Shown here piece after piece: positions 17,378 to 26,858 of a stretch of 55,769 bases of DNA. The stretch lies in the UHGV virus genome UHGV-0212364. One strand, 5' to 3'. Within the stretch, counting starts at the first letter, position 1; each line of letters begins with the position of its first letter. The position numbers and the translations under genes are program-made. Under the pieces are notes generated by a model. It searched no databases and had not been told where the DNA came from. It was given only the letters and a program-made list of their open reading frames with translations. The DNA is from a virus.

Positions 17378-20300
17378 TCAGCACACCTCCCGGATATATC
17401 GTCGCGCCGCGTTCGCGCTGTGCCTTTTCTACCGATGCGGCTACCTGCCTGCCGTCTATGTACAGCTTGACTTCCACCGTGCCGCCCTGATTGCCATTCT
17501 GCGCCGCCGAAACGGCCTCGTACACGCCCTGGCGTATGCCCTCGACAATCTGGTCGTTGTTGGCCACTGCCGACCTGCCGCGTATTGAGCCTACCAGTTC
17601 GGGGCCGGCCTCGCGCGCCAGGAACAGTTCGCCCGCGTTCGGATAGCCGCCGCTCGCGAATTTGGGCACTTTGATTCCGTTTATCTTGGTCTGCGTCTGC
17701 GTGATCTTCTGGTTCGCGCCGTTTGTAAAGCGGTTGATGGAGTTGTTCATCGAGCTTATGGCCGACGACACCGACGATGACATGCGGTTAACTGCGCTTA
17801 TTATGTCGCTTATCGCCGACTGCACGCCGCTCTTTATGCCGTCCCATACCGCCAGTATCGACCCTTTGGCGCTTTCAAACGCGGTTTTCATGCCGTTTGC
17901 GGCCTGCTCAGACTGTGCCTTTATGCTCGCGCTTATCTGCGCCCAGCCCGCAGGTATCGCGTCTTTAATCTGTGTCCACGCGCCGCCTACGGTGTTTACC
18001 CATAGGGTTGAGCCATTTTTAAGCGCCGTATCGCCCGCCGATATGCCCGCGTTCATGCGGCCTATAATGCCGTCCGCCGACGTTGACCACGCCAGCGTAG
18101 TGCCCAGCTTGATAGCCGTCCATGCTACCGTAAACGCCGTAGTCATAATGAGCGTACATGCCGCCGTGGTTACGGTCAGCAGCGCTTCCTTTGCGATAAG
18201 GCCGTTTATCAGGCCTTGCAAAGTATTTTCGCCGATGTCCTCCATTTCGGTTGACGGGGAGTGTATGCCCAATATGGTTTTAAGGTGGTTCAGAAGCCCA
18301 TCACCAGCCGCGTCGGACATGGTGCTTTTTAAGCTGTCTTCCTTGTTCTCTATGCCCTTTTGGAACCCCGCCACGGCGTTTTCGCCGACGGATACCATGC
18401 TCTTTTTTATGGTGGGGTTTATCCACGTTGCATAGCTGGTAAAACGCCCTGCACCTTTGCCCAGATTCTCACCAATCTTATAGCCCGCGTCCTGAGCGGC
18501 ACTTGCAAAGTCAGCAGAATTGCTGGCCATGTCGATGCCCTTTTCTACACCTTCGCCAGTACCTTCAGCCGTTTGGCGTGCCAGTTCTTCCACATAGTAT
18601 GGGTCAGACATTCGCACGGATTCCATGATTCCGTTATAAAGCCGGTCGCCCAGCCCCATTCCGGGGAACACCGCGTCGATCATGTCCTTTAGCGCCTCTG
18701 CAATCCAGTCGGCTACCTCATATCCGATATGAAGCGGCATTTTAACCAGCTCTTTTACGCCAGCATCAAGCAGTTGCAGCAGGAAATTGGCAATAGCCCC
18801 CGCCGCTTCCATCCATCCCGGAACGCCGTTAAAGTTGGAATCTTCAAGGAAGAAGCCTTTTATAGCGCTGACTAAGCCGCTTGCTAATCCCTTAGCGCAT
18901 GACAAAAGGTTGTCAGAAAGTCCTATCCAATCGATGCCTTCAAGCAATGCGGCAATGCCTGCGCCTATTCTGAACCAATCGGCATTGCTCATGAAGCTGC
19001 CTACAAAGCTAGCAAGGCTTTTCAGCCCCTCGCCGATGAATTGACCCGCCTTTTGGGCAACGCCAATCCAGTCAACGGCGTTCATGCCGTCTGCCGCCGA
19101 CGTGCCTAGTTCGACCCAGTTTATCGTCTGGACTACGTTTATAAGCGTCGTAAACATGCCCTTTAGCCCGACGGAAAGCGCTGTGCCCGCGTTCACGAAC
19201 ATGTCGCGCCACGGCGCGTCGTTAATGGCCTTGCCTACGCTTTGCCCTATCTCCGTCCACTTGATAGTCTTTGCAGCGTTTATCACCGACGTAAACAACC
19301 CGTTCAGACCGCCTATGACGAAATACGCGCCGCGTTCTAAGTTGAATCCCTCAAACGAGCCGTTCATGAAGTTACCCACCGACACGCCGAATTTCGCCCA
19401 GTCGAACGTATTGATAAAGCCGTAAGCCATATCGAACAGCAGCTTCCACTTGGCTTGCCACACGCGCCCGGCGGCGGTAAAGTCCACCTCATCCATCACG
19501 CCGTTAAGCGACGTGGCCAGTCCTGCGCCCAGCTTATCAAGCTTTAGCGTGGCCAAAAAGCCATCCGCAAGTTCTATGCCGTGCTCAAGGCCTGTGCCCA
19601 GCTTGTGCCCCCAGCCGTCCCAGTCAACTTGATCTATCATTTCGTTGACCTTATCGGCCAGTATCGAGCCTGCGCCGTACCAGTCGCCCGCTTCAATCGC
19701 GTTTTTGATCTGATCGACCCAGCCGCTAATCGCGCTGTCGATGGGCACTTCCTCAAACATCGCGCCCGCATCGGAACCGCCGCCGCCGCCTCCACCGCCG
19801 CCGCCGCCGCCCGAACCGCCCGAATCTTTAAGCACGTTTAGTTCGTCAAACGCCATCGCCATTGTCTTAGCGGCCTTGCCCGCGTTCTTTGCGGCTTTAC
19901 CCGCGCTGCCCGCCGTATTGCCAAACGTGGCGGCGGCTTTAGTGGCGCGCGTCCATGTGGACGCTCCCGTCAGCCGCGCAATTATCTGGCTGATTACGTT
20001 AAAGGCCGATACAACCTTGTCCACGATATAATCAAGTGCCGGGGCTATTGCGTTGATAAGCGGCGCGGCCAGCGCGCCTATGGAGTTTTTAAGATACTGC
20101 ATGTTGGTCGCTATGCTGTTCAGCGACGTTTGCAGCGTGCCGCCTGCGGCCTGTGCATATTCGTTTAGGTTGGCTAATCCCTGCTTAAATGCGTTGCTCA
20201 CGGCGGTTATTGCCTGGAACAACGCCCAGTAACCGACCGTGCCCGCTATCTTTTTCCCGGCAGTCTGGAACTTCTTAACGAGTTCGCCCAGGTGCTTGCC

Positions 20301-21176
20301 CGCCGACTTTATGGGCTGAATAAGCATCTTTCCAAAGCCGCCAGCCAGATTCTTAGCCAGAGTGCCCAAAAGGCTTATACCACGCTTTGCGATATTGCCC
20401 AGACTGCTGAATGCCTTGCCTACGCCGCTTTGTGAAAGCTCTCGCAGCTTTTCACGTAGTGTCGCTACCTTGTCTGCCGATTCTTCGGACGATTCGCCCA
20501 GGTCTTCTATGGCTCTTGAGGTCTGCTCTGCGCTTTTCGTCACCTCGTACATTTCCGGCATGATAAATGATTCGTCGCCGCTGATGCTTTGAATGCCGTT
20601 CCCAAACTCAGGCGCACCTTCGAAGTCGGCCTTTGCTTTTGCTTTGGCGTTACGGATGGTCTTCTGCATCAAGTCTTGTGCAATGCTAAGACCGCCCATC
20701 GCCTCTGCCAGACTTTGCAGTTTTCCTACTGCGTCGTCCGGCAAGTCCATAAGGCTCATGTTCAGCGGGGTTAGATCAACCTGCCCCAGCTTAGCCAGCG
20801 CATCAGCGCCGCGCGCAAACATGCCGACATTTGAGCCGTTAAACGTGTTGGCAAGCTTCTGAAACTTGTCGGTATCAAAGTCAACACTGTTAAAGCCCTT
20901 TATACCATCCGCAAGCGGTGAAAGATTTATGCTGCTCAGGCGTTCTAGCTGCTTTATGCCCTTGTTCAGGCTCTTAAAGTTGAGGTTCTGGAGCGGTTCA
21001 AGGCTTTTCGCAAGCCCGCTGAACTTGTCATTAAGTCCGGAATTGAGCTTGCCTATATTGCGTACCGCCGCTTCCAGATTAATCAGCGACTTGCGCAGCT
21101 TGTCTATTCCCTGAGTGGCTTTCGACGTATCGCTGGTTATTTTAAGTTTCAGACTGTCAACGCTATAATCAGGCAT
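17367..21176 (-). CDS. Tail tape measure protein
   Basis: 1269 aa helical, W-spaced repeats, C-terminal VPKFASGG..GELFLAREAGPELVG. Confidence 0.9.
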   Translation of the reverse strand: MPDYSVDSLKLKITSDTSKATQGIDKLRKSLINLEAAVRNIGKLNSGLNDKFSGLAKSLEPLQNLNFKSLNKGIKQLERLSSINLSPLADGIKGFNSVDFDTDKFQKLANTFNGSNVGMFARGADALAKLGQVDLTPLNMSLMDLPDDAVGKLQSLAEAMGGLSIAQDLMQKTIRNAKAKAKADFEGAPEFGNGIQSISGDESFIMPEMYEVTKSAEQTSRAIEDLGESSEESADKVATLREKLRELSQSGVGKAFSSLGNIAKRGISLLGTLAKNLAGGFGKMLIQPIKSAGKHLGELVKKFQTAGKKIAGTVGYWALFQAITAVSNAFKQGLANLNEYAQAAGGTLQTSLNSIATNMQYLKNSIGALAAPLINAIAPALDYIVDKVVSAFNVISQIIARLTGASTWTRATKAAATFGNTAGSAGKAAKNAGKAAKTMAMAFDELNVLKDSGGSGGGGGGGGGGGGSDAGAMFEEVPIDSAISGWVDQIKNAIEAGDWYGAGSILADKVNEMIDQVDWDGWGHKLGTGLEHGIELADGFLATLKLDKLGAGLATSLNGVMDEVDFTAAGRVWQAKWKLLFDMAYGFINTFDWAKFGVSVGNFMNGSFEGFNLERGAYFVIGGLNGLFTSVINAAKTIKWTEIGQSVGKAINDAPWRDMFVNAGTALSVGLKGMFTTLINVVQTINWVELGTSAADGMNAVDWIGVAQKAGQFIGEGLKSLASFVGSFMSNADWFRIGAGIAALLEGIDWIGLSDNLLSCAKGLASGLVSAIKGFFLEDSNFNGVPGWMEAAGAIANFLLQLLDAGVKELVKMPLHIGYEVADWIAEALKDMIDAVFPGMGLGDRLYNGIMESVRMSDPYYVEELARQTAEGTGEGVEKGIDMASNSADFASAAQDAGYKIGENLGKGAGRFTSYATWINPTIKKSMVSVGENAVAGFQKGIENKEDSLKSTMSDAAGDGLLNHLKTILGIHSPSTEMEDIGENTLQGLINGLIAKEALLTVTTAACTLIMTTAFTVAWTAIKLGTTLAWSTSADGIIGRMNAGISAGDTALKNGSTLWVNTVGGAWTQIKDAIPAGWAQISASIKAQSEQAANGMKTAFESAKGSILAVWDGIKSGVQSAISDIISAVNRMSSSVSSAISSMNNSINRFTNGANQKITQTQTKINGIKVPKFASGGYPNAGELFLAREAGPELVGSIRGRSAVANNDQIVEGIRQGVYEAVSAAQNGNQGGTVEVKLYIDGRQVAASVEKAQRERGATIYPGGVLSGT

Positions 21177-21180
21177 ACGT

Positions 21181-21938
21181 CTACGTCACCTCCTCTTTCG
21201 CTTCACGCATCGCCATTTGCTGATTTACCCGCGCCGCCCAGCCGTTTACAAACGACTTCATGCGCTCGTACTGGGCTTTGCGCTCCCGCTCCTTCTTCTC
21301 GCGTACCTCCTGCGGGGTAATGGGGTACGGCTCGGACGAATACGGCTGAGGCTTGGGATGCTTTGAAAAGGTATTCAAAAGCGGCGCGCAATCCAAGATT
21401 GCTTCGTATACGTACATGCCCTGTAGCCAAAGCTCCTGATTGCGTCGCCGCTGCCTTATCTCATCCGCTTCTCTGTACGCCTTTGCCAGCATACAGTCGC
21501 CGTTCCAGTATTCGTCCGGTGTCATGCCAAACGCCATATAGGTAGGAAGCATTCTTTCAAACGCTTCTCCCGGCGTTTCGCCGCTTTCCGGGGACGCGCC
21601 TGTTACCAGTTCGCGTCCCACTTCACGTTTTTTTCGCCGCCGTCGTTGTCCGGCTCGGCCATAAGCGCGTTGATGGGTTCGTTGTACATCTCGGCCAGCT
21701 TGTTCACCAGCTCTTCCTTGTTGCCCATCGCGGCGTATATCTCGTCGATTACATCACGCTTGGTAAAGCGGTGGTTCGCTATAAACGCACCCGCGAACAG
21801 CTCCGGCAGGGTGTTCATGGGCTTTTCTACTAGGTCGCCCGGCTTAAAGCCGCGATTCTCCATCGTGCGCACGCTCGCGCGGGTATATTCAAGGGTGTAG
21901 TCCTTGCCGTCGTAATTAAAGCAAATGGTCTTTGCCAT
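21181..21938 (-). CDS. Tail assembly chaperone G (21603-21938) and GT extension through a -1 frameshift
   Basis: Slippery A AAA AAC at 21627-21633; the -1 frame is ORF 21181-21621 (GMTPDEYW). Confidence 0.8.
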
Positions 21939-21963
21939 GTTGATTCCCTCCTGCTGTATGCCT

Positions 21964-22051
21964 ATTATGTTTGTTGTGTTTGTTATGCTTGTTATGTGCT
22001 AAACATAAGGTATGCCGATTATGCTTATTATGTCTTATATGCCAGTTATGC
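21964..22051. repeat. Second TTATG repeat array, candidate distal parS
   Basis: ttatgtttg ttgtgtttg ttatgcttg ttatg; same unit and 9-bp period as 3668-3802. Confidence 0.65.
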
Positions 22052-22054
22052 CGC

Positions 22055-22501
22055 TCAGGTTTCACTCAGCGCAATTACCGTGGACGCGGCCAGAGTGATA
22101 GTCATTTCGCGCACCTCATCGACGCCGCCGCCGTTGATGTATACGCTCAGGCTGCCTTTAAACGTCGCTTTGCCGTCGTCGCCGGTAGCCGTGGGCACGC
22201 CTGCCGTTTCAGTACCGCCGAACCATACGGCGAAATCGTGCTCCGAACCTTCGAGCGCCTTGAGCTTCTTGTAGTCGGCCAGCGTGTAGTTGGCCGTGAA
22301 CTCCAGCGAATCGACCTGCTGTATGCCCAAAATCTGGCGGGTCATGGGGTCGCTCAGTGTGGTAGCGTCAAGCATGTTGGGCGTACCGCCCAGGTCGGGA
22401 TAGCTCTTGATGTCCACCAGCTTTTCGTAAGTGCTGCCGGAGGCCTGCTTCATCATTAGGAACGATTTATAAGTAGAAGTAGCCGAAGTAGCTGCCGCCA
22501 T
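22055..22501 (-). CDS. Major tail tube protein
   Basis: IKSYPDLGGTPNMLDATTL..I.G...LEFTANY. Confidence 0.85.
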   Translation of the reverse strand: MAAATSATSTYKSFLMMKQASGSTYEKLVDIKSYPDLGGTPNMLDATTLSDPMTRQILGIQQVDSLEFTANYTLADYKKLKALEGSEHDFAVWFGGTETAGVPTATGDDGKATFKGSLSVYINGGGVDEVREMTITLAASTVIALSET

Positions 22502-22505
22502 ATCT

Positions 22506-22910
22506 TTATGCCCTCCTGTAAATCATTTTGTCGCGGCCTACGACGGCTGAGTATCTGCCGGTAAGCCGGTAAATCGTCGCGTCCTGCATGTCAACCGGCG
22601 ACGTGCCCATGCGGGTAAATCCCATTCGGCAAAGCGCCTCGTCCGCAAGCGCGTATATTGCGCGGCAGTCGCGTTTGCGCCCTGCCGTCAGATTCGAGTA
22701 AACGTTGAGTTCGTACATGACTTGCGCGTGATTGTCCGTGCTGGCCGTGTCGCGTGAACTCATGAGCGAGTAGTTGTCGGCCTCGTATAGCACAATGCAT
22801 GGAAACACGGCCTCGCCGCGCATCTCCATGTCGTACACGGCCACGTCCGGGCGCTTCTGCGCCACGGCCTGTTCCACTGCGCGGATGATGTCGCTTTCGA
22901 TGTCGATCAT
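22506..22910 (-). CDS. Tail terminator
   Basis: Synteny; FPCIV..E, NVYSN. Confidence 0.7.
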   Translation of the reverse strand: MIDIESDIIRAVEQAVAQKRPDVAVYDMEMRGEAVFPCIVLYEADNYSLMSSRDTASTDNHAQVMYELNVYSNLTAGRKRDCRAIYALADEALCRMGFTRMGTSPVDMQDATIYRLTGRYSAVVGRDKMIYRRA

Positions 22911-23434
22911 GTCGCGAATACCTCCTTTGCAATGGCCTTTATGCGCCGCCGCATGGCCTTTTCGCCCTCATACATGGCTCTGGACGGGGCATTGCCCTGC
23001 GTCTTTATGATGCCGGGGCGTATTTCGATACCGCCCGCGCGCGCGTCGCCAGCGCTGCCTTTGTAGGCCCAGAACTGGCGCTTGCTCATTGCGCCCTGTC
23101 CCTTGCCATAGCCGCCCGCCTTAAAGCCCAGATCATCGCGCCATGGATGACTGCCGTACCTTAGCTTGCCCGCGCCAAACTCGATAAACGTAACCGCCTG
23201 TCCAGTTGCGCTTATCGCCAGCGTGTGTGCGTCTATCCACTCCGGGCCGTTCACGGCCACGTCGTTAACGCCGTCATACGCGGCGGTTTTGTATATGGCC
23301 GACGATACGTCTATGCCCTCTGCCGCAATGCGTTCAAGCAACGTGCGCACCTTGCCGTCCATTTCGCGCTTGTACCGGTCTATCTCGGCAATGGCTTTGC
23401 TTATCTCGCCAATGTCAACAATTATCGTTTTCAC
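22907..23434 (-). CDS. Neck protein (HK97 gp10-like)
   Basis: FIEFGAG, TQG..P.R.MY. Confidence 0.7.
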   Translation of the reverse strand: MKTIIVDIGEISKAIAEIDRYKREMDGKVRTLLERIAAEGIDVSSAIYKTAAYDGVNDVAVNGPEWIDAHTLAISATGQAVTFIEFGAGKLRYGSHPWRDDLGFKAGGYGKGQGAMSKRQFWAYKGSAGDARAGGIEIRPGIIKTQGNAPSRAMYEGEKAMRRRIKAIAKEVFAT

Positions 23435-23802
23435 GACACGTTCACCCGGCTTATAGCAATGGCAATGCTGTTTAAGGACTTGGCTACGCGCCGGACTATG
23501 TAGTCGTATATGAGCTGCTCACCCGAATACGACACCGGCACGTCAAGGCATATCACGCTGTGCTCATCTATCGGGCAATTCATGTCGTCGGTCACGATCA
23601 CGCGGTCGTAATCCACCGCCGCGCCGAACTGCTCAATCGAAGTGTCGCCGCGCGCCGCCGATACAGATGCCCTTATCGGGCGCGGGGTCTTATAATCCGT
23701 GTACCATTCGCCCGTTGGCTTGCCGTTGTCGTCCAATGCGCGCTTGCGCCCGTTGTACAGCGCGTAGTAAAAATCGATCTTGTTTCTTTCAAGGCATTTC
23801 AA
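23431..23802 (-). CDS. Head closure protein
   Basis: Synteny in head-tail joining block. Confidence 0.6.
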   Translation of the reverse strand: MKCLERNKIDFYYALYNGRKRALDDNGKPTGEWYTDYKTPRPIRASVSAARGDTSIEQFGAAVDYDRVIVTDDMNCPIDEHSVICLDVPVSYSGEQLIYDYIVRRVAKSLNSIAIAISRVNVS

Positions 23803-24122
23803 TCGCCGCTCACCACCTTTGCGTGCGGGATTACCTGTTTGAGCATAGAATCGGGCACGCTTGCCGCCTCATAATGGCGGCTTACGCCGTTCTCGCTGTG
23901 GCTCGTTTCTCCCTCAGCGCCGCGTTTTAAGTACATGTGCGCCGCGATCTCAAGCTGAAGCAGCTCGTACCGTTCCGGCACTCTGGTTTGCGTGTGGTCG
24001 AATGGGAACGCCTTTTGAAGTATCTTCTGGCCGGCCAAAGTGAGATAGGCGCTTGCCATGCTCTCACTCAGGTTCTCACCGGCGAGGATGTTTAGCATGT
24101 TGATCTTTTCAGTCATTGTCAT
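23799..24122 (-). CDS. Head-tail adaptor (gp6/gp15-like)
   Basis: KRGAEGETSHSENGVSRHY. Confidence 0.8.
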   Translation of the reverse strand: MTMTEKINMLNILAGENLSESMASAYLTLAGQKILQKAFPFDHTQTRVPERYELLQLEIAAHMYLKRGAEGETSHSENGVSRHYEAASVPDSMLKQVIPHAKVVSGD

Positions 24123-24146
24123 AAGCGCCGTCTCCTTTCGTGCCGT

Positions 24147-24296
24147 CTACTGCTGCTTGCCGCGCATCGGCTTTTTAGCGCTTATTTTGCCGCTTTTGGG
24201 CGGGGTTTCCGGGGCTTTAACCGGTTCGGCAGGTGTTTGTGCCTGCTCGGGTATCAGCCCCACAACCAGCCCTTCCGGGGTCAGTTTTTCTGTCAT
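24147..24296 (-). CDS. 49-aa Pro/Lys-rich protein after capsid gene (below ORF-track cutoff)
   Basis: MTEKLTPEGLVVGLIPEQ...; exactly fills the gap. Confidence 0.55.
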   Translation of the reverse strand: MTEKLTPEGLVVGLIPEQAQTPAEPVKAPETPPKSGKISAKKPMRGKQQ

Positions 24297-24297
24297 G

Positions 24298-25206
24298 TCA
24301 GCTCAGTGCGGTAGCGCCCTTGTGAAGGTAGATGCCCTTTACCTTGTTGTCATAGACAAAGGTATCGTGATACACGCGGTAATCGAACTTCCACGCGTCG
24401 GCCTTCTGGTACTCATCGGGCGAGAAGATACGCGGCAGTACGTGCTTTACAACCTTAGTAATCGCGCTCGGATGGATTATCATGAAGTTGATTTTGTAGC
24501 CCGTGGTCGCAGTGCCGGTATAGCCGCCCGCCGTCTGGCCGGAAGTAGAGCCGTCCTTTAGCGTGATTGCGGTATAGAATCGGCTCTGCGGCACGCGGAT
24601 TATGCGCATACCGTCGTAGCTCTCGATCTCCTTATTGATGCCGCCCTCGCCGTTCATTACGGTACGGGTCACTTTGCTGCGCAGTCCCGCGTAGGCGCTT
24701 TCGGAGATGAAAAGCATACGTCCATCGACCGGGACTTCGTTTTCGTTCATGGAACGCTCCGCTTCATCAATCAGGCCGGGAACGTCGGTCGTGCCGATGG
24801 TCACGTCGGCGGCAGTCGCGGTATCTATGCCGGTCGTGCCCGCAATCTTTGCAAAGGTGTACGCATCGATTTCGGGCGTAACCTTAGTGCGGATAAACTC
24901 GCTTGCCAGCGTGCCGAAAGCCATGCCGATAGTTTCCTCGTTGTCCATGCGGTCAACGGTAAACGAGCGGCCGCGGTCTTTGCCCAGAGTAAGCGTTTCC
25001 CACGTGCCCGTTACGCTGCCGTCTACAAAGCCTGTATTGCGGTTGTAGTTGCCCAGACCGTCCATGTCGGTCTTAAAAACCTTTATCGTGTTGCCGTTTA
25101 CGATCTCGACTTTGGTAGAATCGAGTATCGCAGTGCGCGAATTGGCCTTGTACACCTCATCCAGCAGGGGTAGAAAGGTCTGCGCAAGCTGAAAACTGTT
25201 CGCCAT
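24298..25206 (-). CDS. Major capsid protein
   Basis: Follows scaffold; DRGRSFTVDRMDNEET, PEIDAY, YHDTFV. Confidence 0.85.
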   Translation of the reverse strand: MANSFQLAQTFLPLLDEVYKANSRTAILDSTKVEIVNGNTIKVFKTDMDGLGNYNRNTGFVDGSVTGTWETLTLGKDRGRSFTVDRMDNEETIGMAFGTLASEFIRTKVTPEIDAYTFAKIAGTTGIDTATAADVTIGTTDVPGLIDEAERSMNENEVPVDGRMLFISESAYAGLRSKVTRTVMNGEGGINKEIESYDGMRIIRVPQSRFYTAITLKDGSTSGQTAGGYTGTATTGYKINFMIIHPSAITKVVKHVLPRIFSPDEYQKADAWKFDYRVYHDTFVYDNKVKGIYLHKGATALS

Positions 25207-25223
25207 ATGTTTTGCCTCCTAAA

Positions 25224-25820
25224 TCAAACCGGCAGTCCCATGATTTTTCTAAGGTCTGCCATCTGCTTTTTCTGCTTTTCCGCTTCCGGGTCTCCACCGG
25301 CGGGCGGCGTAGGCGTTTCCTTGAGCAGCTTTGCCTTTAACGCCTTTTCGCTCGTGACGGAGTGCTGTTTCATGATTGCAAACACCGTGTCCATATCGCC
25401 GTCGGTCATTGCGCTTGCCGCGTCGGACGCTAGCTTCTCGTCATAGCCCAGGCTCAGATAAGCCGCCTTATAGGTGCTTATGGTCTTTTCGTGCCTCAGC
25501 TCGGCCAGCTCCGCGCGCATGGCTTCCTCATTGGCCGTGCGGTCGGCTTCCTTCTGCTCATCCTCCGTCATGCGGTTTCGTATCTGCTTTTTCAGCGCGG
25601 CCAGCTCGCTTGCCGTCTTGTCGTACAGTGCCTTGCTCACCGTGCTGCTTTTGGCCGGATTCGGTTTATCCTGCGCGGGCTTATCATCGGTGTGCGCCGG
25701 AGCAGGGCCGGGGGTAGAGGCGGGTTCATTGTCGGCTTCGTAGCTGCTTAAAAGCTCCAGCTTTTCGTCAGCCGTCATGTCCTCGCGGTAGCCGTCGATC
25801 TTAGTCCAGTCGATGTTCAT
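25224..25820 (-). CDS. Capsid scaffold protein
   Basis: Acidic coiled coil; SD AGGAGG before MNIDW. Confidence 0.75.
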   Translation of the reverse strand: MNIDWTKIDGYREDMTADEKLELLSSYEADNEPASTPGPAPAHTDDKPAQDKPNPAKSSTVSKALYDKTASELAALKKQIRNRMTEDEQKEADRTANEEAMRAELAELRHEKTISTYKAAYLSLGYDEKLASDAASAMTDGDMDTVFAIMKQHSVTSEKALKAKLLKETPTPPAGGDPEAEKQKKQMADLRKIMGLPV

Positions 25821-25846
25821 GCAATCGTCCTCCTTGCGTTTGGTAA

Positions 25847-25941
25847 AGCGGTTCTCTCCGCTGTCAATTGGTGCGTGTGCGATACTTGTATTCCGCATTC
25901 TCTTGCGGCTTGCGGGTTGTTAAGGCGGATTCTCTGCCGCC
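25847..25941 (-). promoter_or_regulatory. Three AGAGAA-loop hairpins in the scaffold leader
   Basis: GGCGGC-AGAGAA-UCCGCC, CCGCA-AGAGAA-UGCGG, AGCGG-AGAGAA-CCGCU. Confidence 0.65.
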
Positions 25942-25974
25942 GATAAAGCGCCATCGGCGCGTATATCCCAAAAC

Positions 25975-26042
25975 AAAAACCGGGGCCATGAGAAAAAACT
26001 CATGACCCCGGTCGGTCGTATTCACTCGCCCAATCGCGAGCG
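25975..26042 (-). promoter_or_regulatory. Twin-hairpin attenuator, copy 2
   Basis: CGCUCGC-GAUUGG-GCGAGUG and GACC-GACCGG-GGUC overlapping a terminator. Confidence 0.7.
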
Positions 26043-26192
26043 ATGCTTTATTCTATCTTCACTTTATGCGCGCTTTGCGCCGCACTTCCACGACTACGAG
26101 TTTATTGTGCTCGCGCTTCAACTCCACCGTGTCGCCGCGTTTAAGCACCTCGGAAATGACTTTAAGCATCTCATCGGTTATAACGACGTCCG

Positions 26193-26858
26193 TCAATCCT
26201 TAGCCCTCCCTGTATACGGTTCCAGCCAGCAGCGGCAGTTATAATGCGGCTTGTCCGGCGCGGAATCCAGATTGTATACGTTGCCGTCCAGACCTTTGCA
26301 TATCTGACAGCGCTTTTCGTCGTGGCGCGTGCGCCATATAACGCGCTTCACGCCCGCGTCGCCGTATGCGGCTTTGGCGCTTTCCAGCGTCACATAATCC
26401 GCGTATTCGGCCATCTGGTTAGACAGCAGCTTCAGCGACTTGTCAATCGCCTTGTTCCTGTCGCCGACGGTCTGCGCGGCTATGATAGCCTCCGCCGTGC
26501 GCGCGCTCTTGCGCTCGATTTCGTGGGAAAATACGTACTCTGTGACGGGGTTATACCCGCCTAGCGTCTGCTTTACCACCGCGTCGGCGGCGGCATTTAT
26601 GGCCTTTTCGCCGGGCATTTTGCCCTTTGCCAGTCCCAGTGCGATCAGGTACTCCCACGTATCGGAATATTTGCGTCGGGCAATATGGCGGTATTGGCGC
26701 TGCATTTCGCTTGCCATCCGCTCATATTGCTCGTTTACGCCTTTAAGTACGTTCAGCTCATCGAATTTAAGCCCGGTTTTGAAACCGTCAAAAGCGCGAA
26801 TGAGCTTGCGATTGAGCATCTTTATTACCTTGTCGGTATACTCAAATTCGTTTTGCAT
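26193..26858 (-). CDS. Minor head morphogenesis protein (SPP1 gp7/Mu gpF-like)
   Basis: W....DEKRC..C...DG......P..PHYNCRC. Confidence 0.85.
   Translation of the reverse strand: MQNEFEYTDKVIKMLNRKLIRAFDGFKTGLKFDELNVLKGVNEQYERMASEMQRQYRHIARRKYSDTWEYLIALGLAKGKMPGEKAINAAADAVVKQTLGGYNPVTEYVFSHEIERKSARTAEAIIAAQTVGDRNKAIDKSLKLLSNQMAEYADYVTLESAKAAYGDAGVKRVIWRTRHDEKRCQICKGLDGNVYNLDSAPDKPHYNCRCWLEPYTGRAKD

Noticed and set aside
21971..22459. ORFs beginning MLCLLCLLC (here and the parA extension to 3804)
   Set aside because: Artefacts of translating the TTATG repeat arrays
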